From Octopus vulgaris (taxonomy: Eukaryota): a stretch of DNA of 64,000 nt. The notes under the pieces are model-generated. The model did no database searches, was not told the origin of the DNA, and was given only the letters and a program-made list of their open reading frames with translations. Positions 37,448-50,100 of the stretch are shown piece by piece. The translations under genes and the position numbers were made by a program. Where the stretch lies: contig OX597822.1 of assembly GCA_951406725.2 (NCBI GenBank), positions 47,802,001 through 47,866,000 of the forward strand. Reading direction: 5' to 3'. Each line of letters opens with the position of its first letter. Positions within the stretch are counted from its first letter, which is position 1.

Positions 37448-39620
37448 TGTGTGTGTCTGTGCCTCTGTTTGCCCTTCATTGCTGATTGACGACAGGTGTT
37501 GGTGTGTTTACATCCCCTATAACATAGCAATTCAACTAGAAGAATCAGTCCCAGGCTTCAAAGCAAAAAAATCAAATTCTGGGGTCGATTCCTTCAACTA
37601 AAATTCTTGCAAGGCAATGCCCCATCTTGGCTGCTCTCCAATGATTGAAACAAGTGAAATATTATTGCTAAATGATGAATTATAATCCTGACATTAATGT
37701 ATTTTCTCTCTTTATCTCTCTAGTCACACATTTAGAGATTGCAGACAAAGTACCAGTAACTGCCTTCGGTCAACCGATTCCTTACATAAAGCCTTCGTAA
37801 GTAACTTGGCCTTTTTTGGCGGGGTGGGGTGAATTTTCTCTTTTGTTATATTCATTTGTGTGTGTGTGAATGAGTTCATATTTCTTTGTTTACATGTCTT
37901 CTTGTGCTGATTGTAAACAATGGCACAGGCATGGCTGTGTGGTAAGAAGTTTGCTTCCCAACCACATGGTTCCAAGTTTGGTCTTACTGTGTGGAACCTT
38001 GGGCAAGTGTCTTTTCCTGTAGCCTCAGGCCAACTAAAGCCTTGTTGTGAGTGGCTAAACGGAAGCTGAAAGAAGTCCATCATATGTATGTGTGTGTGTG
38101 TCTGTGTTTGTCCCCCATTACCACTTGGTTTTGGTGTAGTAACATCCCTGTACTTAGCAGTTCAGCAAAAGAGACTGATATAATAAGTACCAGGCTTGAA
38201 AAAACAAGTAAAGTACTTGGCTAAAACTTCTTCATGGTATTACCCCAGCATGGCTGCATTCTAATGCTTGAAATAAGTTAAAAAAGGTAAAAAGGGCTTT
38301 GCTGTCACACGTCCATCACAAAAACACATCTCAGACTGTTTGATGTGTGATCAGCTGGGGGGGGGGGGGGGTTATTACCTCCCTTGGCAAGAAGTGGAAA
38401 CTGACGAGTTCCCACAAACATAGGCAGTAGGTCTGTTATTGTAAGACACAGGGGTGTGGCTGAGGGAGATCCCTATATGTAACAGGGCTCTGTAGTCTCC
38501 CTTGTTGACTCTTAACACAGATAGTGATTGGCTAAGCGTTCTTGTACTTTCTTGCTTGGGCCAACCAAAGCCTTTTTAGTAGGTTTCGTAGGCAGGAACT
38601 GCAAGAAGGACATCTGGCCACTAACTTCGTCCAACCCATGCAAGCCTGGCAAAGTGGGTGTTAGTGATGACGGTGATGACAACAATTACTTCACACAATA
38701 AACATTTGTCTGTTCAGTTCCAACTGAAGCACATATTCTTATGAATAAATACGATGACACACTTTGGGATGAGCACAAGAGTTGCAGGTATGGCTGTGTG
38801 GTAAGAGGTGTGCTTCCCAACCACATGGTTTCAAGTTCAGTCCCACTGTGTGGCAACTTGGTAAAGTATCTTCTTCTCTGACCCTGGACTAGCAAAAGCT
38901 TTGTGAATGGCATTTGAATGTTGGAAACTGAAAGCCCCTCATATGTATATTACCACATCATTTAATGTCTGTTTTCCATGCTGGGGCATGGATTTGTTTG
39001 ACAGGAGCTGGCAGGGCTGGAGAGCTGCACCAGGCTCCACATGTCTCTAAGTGATTGTGATCTATTTTACTGACTCCAGTCACTCATTAATTGTTTCCGA
39101 TTCCACAGCCCTGGTTTCCACAGTTGAAGTCCCTCCCTAATGCCAGCCACTTTACAGAGTGTACTGAATGCTTTATATATGTGTGTATTTGTTACTGTTT
39201 CCTTGCTTTGACATCACATGATAGTTGTAAGCGATGTGACATGATTATGCAAGTACTGTACCTTATTTCAAATCTTATAGGACTTATTTAATCTGGGAGA
39301 AATGTTACCTTATTTGGAAATAGGTGGAGTTGGCAACAGGAAGGGCATCTAGCTATAGAAAATACACCTCAAAAAATTCCTTCAACACATGCAAGCATAG
39401 AGAAGCGACTGTTAAAACAATGATGGTGATGATGCGACTGCTTCCCTATTCCTGATTTAAATAAAACCTTGTCGATTGTTACTCATGGTTCTGTCTTTCT
39501 TTCTTTCTTTGCAGTGACTTTGAATTACCATGGGAACTGGGAGAGTGGCCCAGCTCGTCTAGTTCGAATGCGGACGATAACAACAGGCAGCTGAAACATC
39601 GACGGATGAAACGCAAGTGA
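29394..39620 (+). CDS. MSL1: Male-specific lethal 1 homolog (MSL complex scaffold; coiled coil + PEHE domain), spliced, 5'-partial; join(29394-29554,30759-31027,34027-34088,34446-34513,36329-36456,37724-37796,39515-39620), 288 aa
   Basis: Seven exons with AG/GT boundaries whose phases chain without a stop. The translation contains LKCRIDRMERRL (cf. the MSL1 coiled-coil ARIERMERRM) and the PEHE series EIPHWR...ENLEDEVFTKRHQKPEHEEKRRKRWDLQRMREQ...SFYP...VPVTAFGQPIP...DFELPW. Confidence 0.93.
29921..30505 (+). pseudogene. Decayed RTE-clade LINE 3' fragment (Cys-rich insert plus region C-terminal to RT) in an MSL1 intron
   Basis: Broken frames give PCSVCRK..., KGCSGI...FVCDRC...LEVVHSF and KGRLYDSCVR...GSET*AL...KLERYE..LCWMC, which resemble RTE ORF ends; stops and frameshifts are present. 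Confidence 0.75.
30759..31027 (+). CDS. MSL1: MSL1 exon (linker) KFGVDAQNV...LRTDNLYYVSYYEPPPP...DGTK
   Basis: Acceptor ctaacttacag, donor gtaagc, 269 nt, phase 2 to 1; overlaps ORF 30796..31152. Confidence 0.88.
31647..32585 (+). other. Candidate alternative terminal exon of MSL1 (adds ELDSCSTLC*, stop 31673-31675, about 900-nt 3'UTR)
   Basis: Acceptor cattttctcttatag; frame compatible with the phase-1 donor at 31027; no SINE recognised in the stretch; overlapping AATAAA at 32558 and 32562 followed by T/GT-rich sequence. Confidence 0.45.
34027..34088 (+). CDS. MSL1: MSL1 exon, start of PEHE domain VEIPHWRLRTVANCYTLEGTE
   Basis: Acceptor tttcttttag, donor gtaagt, 62 nt, phase 1 to 0; matches the VPSWR-type PEHE start. 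Confidence 0.92.
34446..34513 (+). CDS. MSL1: MSL1 exon, PEHE core NLEDEVFTKRHQKPEHEEKRRKR
   Basis: Acceptor tttttacag, donor gtaaat, 68 nt, phase 0 to 2. Confidence 0.95.
36329..36456 (+). CDS. MSL1: MSL1 exon WDLQRMREQKMYEKLREK...SFYPSLED
   Basis: Acceptor tgtcacag, donor gtaagt, 128 nt, phase 2 to 1. Confidence 0.95.
37724..37796 (+). CDS. MSL1: MSL1 exon ITHLEIADKVPVTAFGQPIPYIKPS
   Basis: Acceptor tatctctctag, donor gtaagt, 73 nt, phase 1 to 2; PVxAFGxP motif. Confidence 0.94.
39515..39620 (+). CDS. MSL1: MSL1 last coding exon DFELPWELGEWPSSSSSNADDNNRQLKHRRMKRK*
   Basis: Acceptor tttctttgcag, FELPW motif, TGA at 39618-39620. Confidence 0.93.
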
Positions 39621-39733
39621 TTCCTGTCTTGCAAGCGCACACACTCACTCACACTCACACTCACACACACACAGACGTACACTCTTTCACATACGTATAT
39701 CCACATAGAAATACAAGTGTGTGTGTGGGTGTA

Positions 39734-39765
<32 letters not shown>

Positions 39766-40011
39766 CATACATGCATGCATATTTATATACACATACAAGG
39801 GTGTGTGTATATCTATAAATACACACACACACATATCACATACAATTACTAACTGTGCATATGCACCCCATACTGATAATATACAATAGAACTCCTTTTC
39901 TTCCCCTTCTTACATCTACATCTCTCCCTTCCCACCATTTAATCATGTGTATGTGACATGCATTCATTAACCACAACTACAAGGCATACAAAAATCTGAC
40001 AAAAAAATACT

Positions 40012-40290
40012 GTGTGTGTGTATGTATATATATATATATTTACATATTTGTGTGTATATATATAAATAAATATATATATAAATAAATTTGTGTATATATT
40101 TGCATATATGTATAAATTTGTTTATATATTTACATATATGTATATATAATTATATATTTATATGTATATATAATTATATATAAATATGTATATAATTATA
40201 TATAAATGTGTATATAATTATATATTAATATATATGTATATATAATTATATATTAATATATATATATATATAATGTATGTATATATAGTG
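40012..40290. repeat. TA-rich compound microsatellite (tatataatta/tatgta units) downstream of the MSL1 stop
   Basis: Direct inspection. Confidence 0.9.
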
Positions 40291-40351
40291 AAGACTACAG
40301 AAAAAAAAAAAACATCCATCCTGACTATATTTTTAAGTAGAAAAAAATTGA

Positions 40352-40357
40352 AATAAA
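40352..40357 (+). terminator. Candidate polyadenylation signal for full-length MSL1
   Basis: AATAAA about 730 nt after the stop and outside the TA array; not unique in such AT-rich DNA. Confidence 0.3.
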
Positions 40358-43300
40358 GATGCAATGATTTGAAAATGAAAAATATGTTTAAAAAAAATTA
40401 AACTATCGCCGCTGTTAATTAATGAATTGAAAAGGAGTATTAAACAATTTTTTTAAAATAGTTCAAAGGCTAGCATGTGTGTATGTGTGAATGTATGCCA
40501 ACTGTTATCTTTTTTATATCTTTTCTACCCTGTTTGATATGTATCTGCTGTTGTTCTTCTTTAAAGGAAATCTCTTATCTCTCAGATTTTAAGTTTTCCT
40601 CCCCTGCTAATATAACATGAAAAGAAACGGAAGCTAGAGAAGGGAGGCTTTCCGCTTTCTACTCTCTCTTTAGCTCATTGTATTCAACAAGCAACAAACA
40701 ACCTGTATCTAGGATCAGGATTCATATGTATAGTGTATTTGATGGCATAGAAGATGCATGTATCAGACACACCTCAATTCCAACTGTGCATATTCAGCAG
40801 AAAGTGAACATCGGAAACAAAATTGGTGTGTGGGGTCCAACTTTAGACATGGGACCCAGAGTGATTTGTTTGAGAAATATTTTAGGACTAAAAGTGCATC
40901 TTATATGTCATCAAATACTGTAGAATTTTGCGTGCGTGAGAGGTGTACGGCCTAGTGGTTAAGTGTTTTGCATTCACACTTGTGAGATCGGGGTTTCATT
41001 TCATATTGCTCCAGTCCACTTGGCTATAAATGGGTAACCTTGTGACAGACTTGCCTTCTGATCAAGGAATGTTGGCCTGCTTTGCCCAGCCAACAGGATG
41101 ACGTCATTTGTGACCAGCGATGTATAACATTTTATAGTCTGGTCAATACCATAATATATATATGTGTGTGTATATATATATATCACCATTATCGTATCAA
41201 GCTTGCCTGGGTTCACATGACTGATCCTCCAGCTTTTGTCTGTCTTCCATGGCTTGTGAGGTCTGTTGTTCTCAGTCACATCCAATGTTTCCAATTTATC
41301 AAAAATACATCTTTGCAAGGCAACCATGGGGCATGTGTCCAAAGTAGGGTGTCATTAACCAGCTTTTTACTCCTTCGCCAGTGTTCAGCAAAGCAAATTA
41401 TTCTTTCTCTACTGGAATGGTTCAGTGGCAGCTGCTCAGGTTCCATGTCTATTTTCGCAGAGTTCCTGCAGCCAACCACTTTACATAGTATACTTGGGTG
41501 CTTTTACATGGCACCAGCACCCATGAGCCCACGAAATTGGGATTGCTCAGCTGAAGAAGTATGTAGGGGACATTACTCTATGCAAGGACAACTACAATTT
41601 TACTGAGCTTCACATGTCTACTCAGATACCACAAACTACCAGAAATTTCGCTCCTTTGTCATCCCCTCTGTGAGGCCCAACATCTGAAGATCCTTTCTTA
41701 CCACTTTGTCCATTGTCTTTAGTACAATGGTCCTTTTTTTTTTTTTCAGAACAGTGCAAGAGTCATCCATCATAGTTTCAAATCTTAGAGCCATAAAGCA
41801 AGATGGATTCAACCAATGCATAGAAGTTTCTCTGCAGCTATCTTAACATCTGATTCTGCTTATATTATGTTACTACTGAAGGTTGTTTTTCTATGCTAAA
41901 TAATTATATTATTTCAGTTGGTCAGTTTTCCAACACTTACTGGCCACCATCTTAATTCTTGTTTATGTGTGTTTATTTCTGTGACATGGCCGGGGACAGC
42001 ACTACCTGATTGGCACTCGTGCCAGTGACACATGAAAACCATCTGAATGTAATTGTTCCTAGGGTCACATATTGGCTCCCATGCAGGTAACACATAAAAA
42101 CACTTTTTCAGCGTGAGCGTAGTCGTTGCCAGAACTGCCTGACTGGCCCTCATGCTGGTTGCACGTAAAAGCACCCGCAACATTCTCGGAGTGGTTGGCA
42201 TTAGGAAGGGCATCGAGCTGTGGAAACTTTGCCTGATCACAATGAGCTTGATGCAGCCTCTGACTCACCAGTCCTCAGTCAAACTGTCCGACCCATGCCA
42301 GCACGGAAAGCAGACGTTAAATGATGATATATATATATATATATCCACACACACACACTATGTGGTTATATTGCTGTAAAATTGTTACAAGCTTACAAAA
42401 GAGGGAACAGCCTCTGGATATAAATTATAGATGTAAACCTCAACTGTAGATATTTTCATAGGGAAGTTCAATGTATGTTACTGAAAGAGTTGCCAAGGAA
42501 AGGGAAAGTCTTTTCCTTAATGATATGCCTATACTAGAAAGTTCTTGACTTGTAAATGTTTCCTCTTATCAGAATTAGTTGCATATGGTGTTGTGCATTT
42601 CTGTTCCTGCTTCAGCATTCAACCATTATAACAAGTGATACCTCAACTGGTGAGTTAGAACTTGGTAGTATTAATCACAGTTCATTGGTATTTGTATACA
42701 GCAGTGATTCTGAGTGGAACTTATTTCGAGTTATACATTGTGACTGTGTGGTTAGGAAGCTTGCTTCCCAACCATCTGGTCCTGTCTTCTATTCTCCCTC
42801 ACAGTTGAAGGGTTTTGCAAGTGACAGAGTGACTACACACTAATGTCAGCACACTGTAAAGTAGTTGGCACAGTCCTGTGGTTCATTGGTGCTTGTCAAC
42901 ATAGAAAAGGGGACATTAAATGATGTGCTAAGTGAACATAAATATACAAACAGGCCATTTCCACACAACTATGTCTACACCTGGAGGTTGGTTTTGAAGG
43001 AAAATCTAATCTTAAAAGAAAACTTTCCTAATACAACAATGCTTGGAGTAAGGAGTCAAACAGCAAAGGTTTTGGGTGTTCTGTTGTTTCTGCACCCCTC
43101 AAATTTATGATAAAGATTAGCACTCTACAAATAGCTTTTACAATTGTTCCAGTCATTAGACTGGCCATGCTGGGGCATCACCTTGATTTTTTAGTCAAAC
43201 AAATCAACCTCAGTACTTTTTTTTTAAGCTTCATACTTATTCTACAGGTTTCTTTTGCCGAATTGCTGAGTTATGGGGGATGTAAACAAACCAGCACCAG

Positions 43301-44037
43301 TTGTCATGGTAGTAGGGGACAGACACATAGGTATATATACATATGACCAGCTTTTTTTCTGTTTCTATCCACCAAATCAATTTGCAGGCCTTGGGTTGGC
43401 ATGAGGCTATAGTAGAAGACACTTGCCCAACACTGAACCCAGCAGCATCTAACTGGAAAGCAAGCTTGATGCCACACAGCCATGCCTGTGCCTATGGAGA
43501 CCATGATGGGCTGATACAATAATACACTCTATAAACATTTACTGTATCCAAACTGAACTCTTGAGAAATATAAATATTTGTATTCAACCGTGCATACTGA
43601 GAGAAGTAGGAGAATAAACATGGCTATCTTTCTCCTCCCCGTTGCCCCTATTTACAAAAACCTGACCTGAGTCACAAAGGGATGATTTTAGTAAGTGACA
43701 AGACTGGCAGAAAAAAAATAATAAAGGTCAGAGATAGAAATGATTGAGAAAAGAAACAAACTTCTTTTAATTCAGATTTTTTTTTTTTTTTTTTTTTGTC
43801 TTTCTTTGCAAAATATGAAGGGAAGAAGGTGAGCATGTGACGTATATTACAATATAATGCAGTGCCATTTATGGCTTTGCCAAAGAGGTAAGAATTATAG
43901 TTATGTTACAGAATAGAGAAAAACTGTTGATGATGGTAATGATGATGATGATGACACTTGGTAAAGCTTTAGATTTTTTTACAGCTTTGACAACAACCAC
44001 AAGAGCAAAAACAGTTTAATTTTGATTGTCCTAGAGT

Positions 44038-44103
44038 TTAAGTGAGTAACTTCTTCTTTAGAATTTCATACACCATCAGTCTCCGGAAGGTTGGCATGTC
44101 AGC
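44038..44103 (-). CDS. SENP1: SENP last coding exon [21 protein letters not shown]
   Basis: Acceptor ttcattctag on -, 66 nt, TAA at 44040-44038. Confidence 0.94.
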   Translation of the reverse strand, partial: ADMPTFRRLMVYEILKKKLLT

Positions 44104-47100
44104 CTAGAATGAAAGAAAAAGAGAGATCACCATCATGTTTCTCGGACAATGTGCCGTGCTTGAGAAGACCTATTGAGTTGAGTAAAAAAAATCAGTCACG
44201 GCTGATGCCAATGCCGCCTGACTGGCATATGACTTAGTGGTTAAGAGCATGGGCTGCTAACCCCAAGATTCCGAGTTCAATTCCATGCAGTGACCTGAAT
44301 AATAATAATAATATAATAACATTGAAAAATACCTTAGGAATGAGAACCCAGATTCGAAATTTCCCCAAGACACCTGATGAAGACTGGAGAGTATATCAGC
44401 CGAAATGTGTTAACAAACAAGATGAGGACAAATATCCATCAAATGTAAATAATTTATTTTATGTCTTTCAAAGTTTCTAAACTCTTAATGATATATACAA
44501 TGGTAGAACTCAAAATAAAGTTATAAATAATAGCATGTAAATCATCATCATCATTGTTGTTGTTTAACGTCCGCTTTCCATGCTGGCATGGGTTGGACGG
44601 TTTGAGGACTGGCAAGCCAGGATGTTGCACCAGGCTCCAATCTGATTCGGCAAGGTTTCTACAGCTGGATGGCCTTCCTAATGCCAACTACTCCTACAGT
44701 GTAGTGGGCACAGAAGCTAGTCAGGTGGCACTGGTACTGACCATGCTCAAATGGTGATTTTTTTACATGCCACCAGTCAGGCGGCACTGGCATTGACCAT
44801 GCTCAAAAGATGCCGTTTCACGTACCACTGTCACGAGTACCAGTCAGATGGCATTGGCATGAACCATGCTCAGTTGGTGCTTTTTATGTGCCACCAGCAC
44901 ATAAATATTAGTTTAAAAACTCCTTGGATGGAAAAAATAGGAAAATCAAAGCCAGCCCATGGGTAGCCTTCAGCTTTTTTCCATCCAGGTTATTTTTTTC
45001 ACAATTTACAGCTTCATCTTTTGAGTTCTGCCATTAACAATTTGTTTCGTGTCCCTTAGAGTTTCTAAATCTTTGCAACATAATACTACAAATTAGAATG
45101 GTTTCAAATTCTTGCACAAAGCCAGCAATTTGAGGGGAGCAGATAAGTTGATTACATCAACTCCAGTGTTTAACTGGTACTTATGTTATCAATCACAAAA
45201 GGATGAATGGTAAAGTCGACCTTGGTAGAATTTGAACACAAAGATGGACAAGATGCTGCTATTCTGCCAGTTTGCCGCCTTAATAAAGAATAACAACAAT
45301 AATACTGACCTGTGTAAAGGTGATAGGAAGCTCTCGAGTAATATAATCAGCATATTTACAAGCAAACATCCCACAATCGCTACCATTCATCTGATATGGA
45401 ATGTTCTGGAAATAAAAGAAAGGAACACAATGAACAATAATACTGACATGACATTTTAAGGAGAAAGAGCAATAATCGGATGAAAACCTCCAGTGTGTGA
45501 CTGATACATGTTTTAACACAGCTCCCACCACTGTCCTAAGATGAGAGAGAGAGTTTTGGTGAAATTTGAACTGAGAATCCTTAGTCTCACTTCAAGATGG
45601 TCCCCACTGTCAGTTTGAAGCATCTTAGCATCATCATCATTTAACGTCTGCTTTCCATGCTGGCATGAGTTGGACGATTTGACTTGAGGACTGGCAAACC
45701 AGATGGCTGCACCAGGCTCCAATCTAATAATATGGCATATACAACTGAGGCTGTACTTAATTGGAATAGCCACCTGTATATCATATTTAATGTATATACA
45801 CTGTTGACAGGCCAGTTACTGCAGTATTTGTCCAGCAATAACGTCACTTACGGTTTGCTGTGTTAAAAACACGAAAAGATATAAATAAGAGGGAAAGATG
45901 AAAATTTGTCCCAGTGAGAGCACCAGATGCATGTTAGAATTTTTGCCTTCAATATAGGAAACAATGTATAAAGCATTCACTGCAGTTGCAAGTAGCTGTC
46001 TGGCTGAGTAGAAATTTGAACTAGCAAGTGTGTGTATACATTGAGTATGATACATATCTATCTTTTTACTGGTTTCAGTCATTATACTATGGCCATGCTG
46101 GAGCATAGTCTTGAGGAATTTTTAGTTGAATGAATCAACCCCAAGACTTTTTTTTTTGTAAGCCTGGTACTTACTGTAACAGTCTCTTTTGCCAAACTGC
46201 TAAGTTATGGGGACGTAAACACTCATACCAGTTGGTTGTCAAGCAGCTGTGGGAAACAAAGACAATGCATACATAGATATACACACACACACACATATAT
46301 ATAATGTATGATGGACTCTCCTGTTGAAGATGATGTATGAGCATTCAGCTTTTGCCAAACGACCTGCACAAATGCTTTGTATATCGTGATGAAATGCTCA
46401 TGCCACACATTGGCTGGCTCACTCACTCACTCACTCTCTCCATGAAATCAACGTTGTCTGAACAGGTGCATTGTGTGCCACACATCAGGTATCGAAGTGA
46501 TCACAAAGCAACATGGGATGAAGTGTTTTGCACAACAGCCAAATGCACCGCCCAGTCTGGGAATTGAAATGATGATTGCTAGAGCATGAGGGGAACACCC
46601 TAACCACTAAGCTAAGTGACCTCTCACACACTACAGGTTTCTTTCAGTTTCCATCAACTAAATCCACTCAAGGTTTTTGTCAGTCTGAGGTTACAGTACA
46701 CACTTGCACAAGGTGCCATGCAGTGGGACTGAACCTGCAGCCACGTGGTTGAGAAGCAAACTTCTTGCCATACAGCCCTGCTACACATGTATTACATACA
46801 TGCATACATATTGGAAGTTCTGTTCCAGCTACATTCATTGTTGTACAGAGAACAAAATAGTCTCAACAAGGACACTTGACCTATGAGAAACAACAGCCAA
46901 ATAATACTCATCTGTAATTTAAGAAAAAAGGCACTAAACAATGTAGTCCTACATACCGTTATGAAGTTGGGATGGTCATGGCTGGAATGCTTTTAATCAT
47001 AGGTTTACTAGATCGGAGCTACCTTCGAGGTTAAACAATAACAATGCTCGTTCATGTTGTTGGTCGAGATCCCTAATTCTGGAATTGCTAATTTATCTTT

Positions 47101-50100
47101 TGACTTTTTTCAGTCATTGGACTGTGGCTATGCTGGGGCATCACATTGAAGGGTTTGGTTCAACAAATCAAACCCTAATACTTAGTTCTTTTAGTCTGGT
47201 ACTTGTTCTGTCGCTTTTGTTGTAAACACTAAGTTCAAGGAATGTAAATAAACCAACACCTATTTTCAAGTGGTGGGCAGAAACAAAGACATATACATAC
47301 ACATAATTTTATACATTCAAGGATGGTCAATGTCAGTGCCACCTGACTGGCTCCTGTGACAGTGGCATGCAAAAAGAACTCTTGGAGTGGTTGGCATTAG
47401 GAAGGGTATCCAACTGTAGAAACTTTGCCAGATCAGATTGGAGCCCGATGCAGCCCCATGGCTTGCCAGTCCTCAGTCAAACCGTCCAACCCATGCTAGC
47501 CTGAAAAGTTGATGTTAAACGATGATGATGATAACTGGGCTTTCTCACAGTTTCTATGTACCAAATTCATCCACTAGGAACCACTTGCCCTGGGCTTGTA
47601 GAAGAAAACACTTGCCCAAGAAGCCACAGCAGAGTAAAGGGACTGAACCTGAAACCAAAGCTATACATATATCGTACACATAAGGAACCCCTAAAACTTA
47701 CCTTCACGGTTATTGTTGTCCAACCATTTAGATCAAAAGGTACAATCTTCTTGTCTAAACTTTCTTCACATAAATAATTTCTAGAAATAAAAAAATAAAT
47801 ATAATTTATTGTGGGTTTTCACAGCTGAATAAAAGATTAACTGTATTTAGTACCCAGGTACCCTACCATAATTGCAATTAATTCTGGGTACCCTAACACA
47901 AATGTAATTTTGATTACCTTAAACATCATTTAACATGGTAGCCAGCTGTAGAATCCATGCTGATATAGACAGAAGGGCTTAGCACCGTCTTCTGGCTTGA
48001 TAGCTCCCTGTCAAAATCTTGCAACCCATACCAGCATGGAAAATGGATACTCTTTTACTTGTTTCAGTCGTTTGACTGTGGCTATGCTGGAGCACTGCCT
48101 TTAAAATTTTTTAATTAGATCTCTTGTAATTTATAGAAGAGATTTGAAATCAACATTTACGTGTTGTATTACCACTTCTTAGCACCCATGCCTAATGGGC
48201 CAAACTGGATCTGTCGAGATAAATTTTCTATGACCAGATGCCCTTCCTGTGGCCAATGCTTATTCGTATCCAAGTAAAGTAACATTTCCCCATGGCCAGA
48301 CATGTTTTCATGGAAAACTGCAAACATATGGCACCTGTGAAATCATAGTTGTGGTTGCTAGTTACATACAAATGACACTTGTACCAGTCACACACAAAAG
48401 TACCCATTACACTCTTGGAGTAATTGGCGTTAGGAAGGGCATCCAGCCATAGAAACTATGGCAAACCAGTTCCAGTCAAACTGTCCAACCCATGCCAGCA
48501 TGGAAAGCAGACGCTAAACGATGACAAGGAAAGGACATCACTTGCATAACAGGAACACTTGTTTATAATTATCATGTGATGACAAATGAAAAACATGCAC
48601 ATAATGGGCTTCTTTTAGTTTCCATCTACCAAATCCACACACAAGGCTGGGTTGGCCTGGGGCTATAGTAGTCCCAAGGTGCATTAGCGTCACTGAACCC
48701 AAACCCATGTTGTTGGGAAGTAAACTTCTTAAAAACATTGCCAAGCCTGTCCCTAACTCATCATCATCATTTAACATCCATTGTCCATACTGGCATGGGT
48801 TGGACAGTTTGACTGGGCAAGCACGCTGGAAGGCTGCACCAGACTCTAGTCTGATCTGGCAAAGTTTCTACAGCTGGATGCCCTTCCTAACACCAACCAC
48901 TCTGAGAGTGTAGATATGTGGTTTTACATGCCACCAGCACAGGTGCCATTTGCATGACACCGGTACCTGTCATGACTGCGATTTTTCTCAGCTTGATGAG
49001 TCTTCTCAAAGCACGACATAATGCCAAAGGCCTTGGTCTTTGCCTCCATGATGCTCAACGCCCAAAAGGAACTCAGCCACTTTGCCTCTGTGAGGTCCAA
49101 CGCTTGAAAGGAATGCCCAATGCTCATTTTAAAAATAAGGAAGACACATTGATTTGTGTAGCCCTAGATACCCTGTTCCTGAAAACAAGTAGATGGTTCA
49201 ACCCTTCCCTTGTACACCCACACCTGCAGATAAAACACATGCAACATAAGATAAGAAAAGGAGACAGACTTACTTAATTGTCTCTAGGCACTGAGTATTT
49301 TTGCCACCAATAGAATCATAATAACAAATGGTCTTCTGGGAGAAGTTCACAACCTGAAACATTAATAGGTGTTTGTGGAGATAATTATTGATGTCAGTAA
49401 GACTGTTTTAACATTATGCATAGCTGAAAACAAGACAAATATCTACAACTGAACAGACATTACAAAAAGTAAGCTAACATTCTTGTTCATAGATGATATG
49501 ATGAGCTAACATTAAGTATAGCTCATGTAACTGGCACCCGTACCGGTGGCATATAAAAGCACCCATTATACTTTTGAAGTGACTGGCATAAGGAAGGGCA
49601 TCCAGCTGTAGAAACCATGCCAAATCAGAATGGAGTCTGGTGCAGCCCCTCAGCTTACCAGCCCTGCTCAGCACACGTCAAATGATGACGATGATGATGA
49701 TGAAAACCTAGGCAACTATTTGCAGCTAAAGAGAATGTTGGTAAAACTCAGCTTACATCATAGCCAAATGAAATGGATCTCTGCTGGTTTCAATGGTGAG
49801 TACTCTGTTGTCTGAGCAACTCAGCATTCATATATCTATTCACAGGCAATCATCATTTAATGTTTGTTTTCTGTTTTCTGGCATGGGTAAGATAGTTTGG
49901 CAAACTGCAAAGCTACACTGAGCTCTGGGCTCAGTCTTGGTATGTTTTCATCGACCCCATCGCCCAGTACTCAACCGGTACTTGTTTGACCGATCCAGAA
50001 AGGATGAAGGGCAAAGTGAGACCTCAGTGGAATGCAAAATTATTACCACACAGCCATACCTGCATCTATTGCTTAAAATGAACATAAAATGATGGTGAAG

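Noticed and set aside
41082-41606. 174-aa ORF between the two genes
   Set aside because: A patchwork of SINE and LINE remnants with no recognisable domain or splice context.
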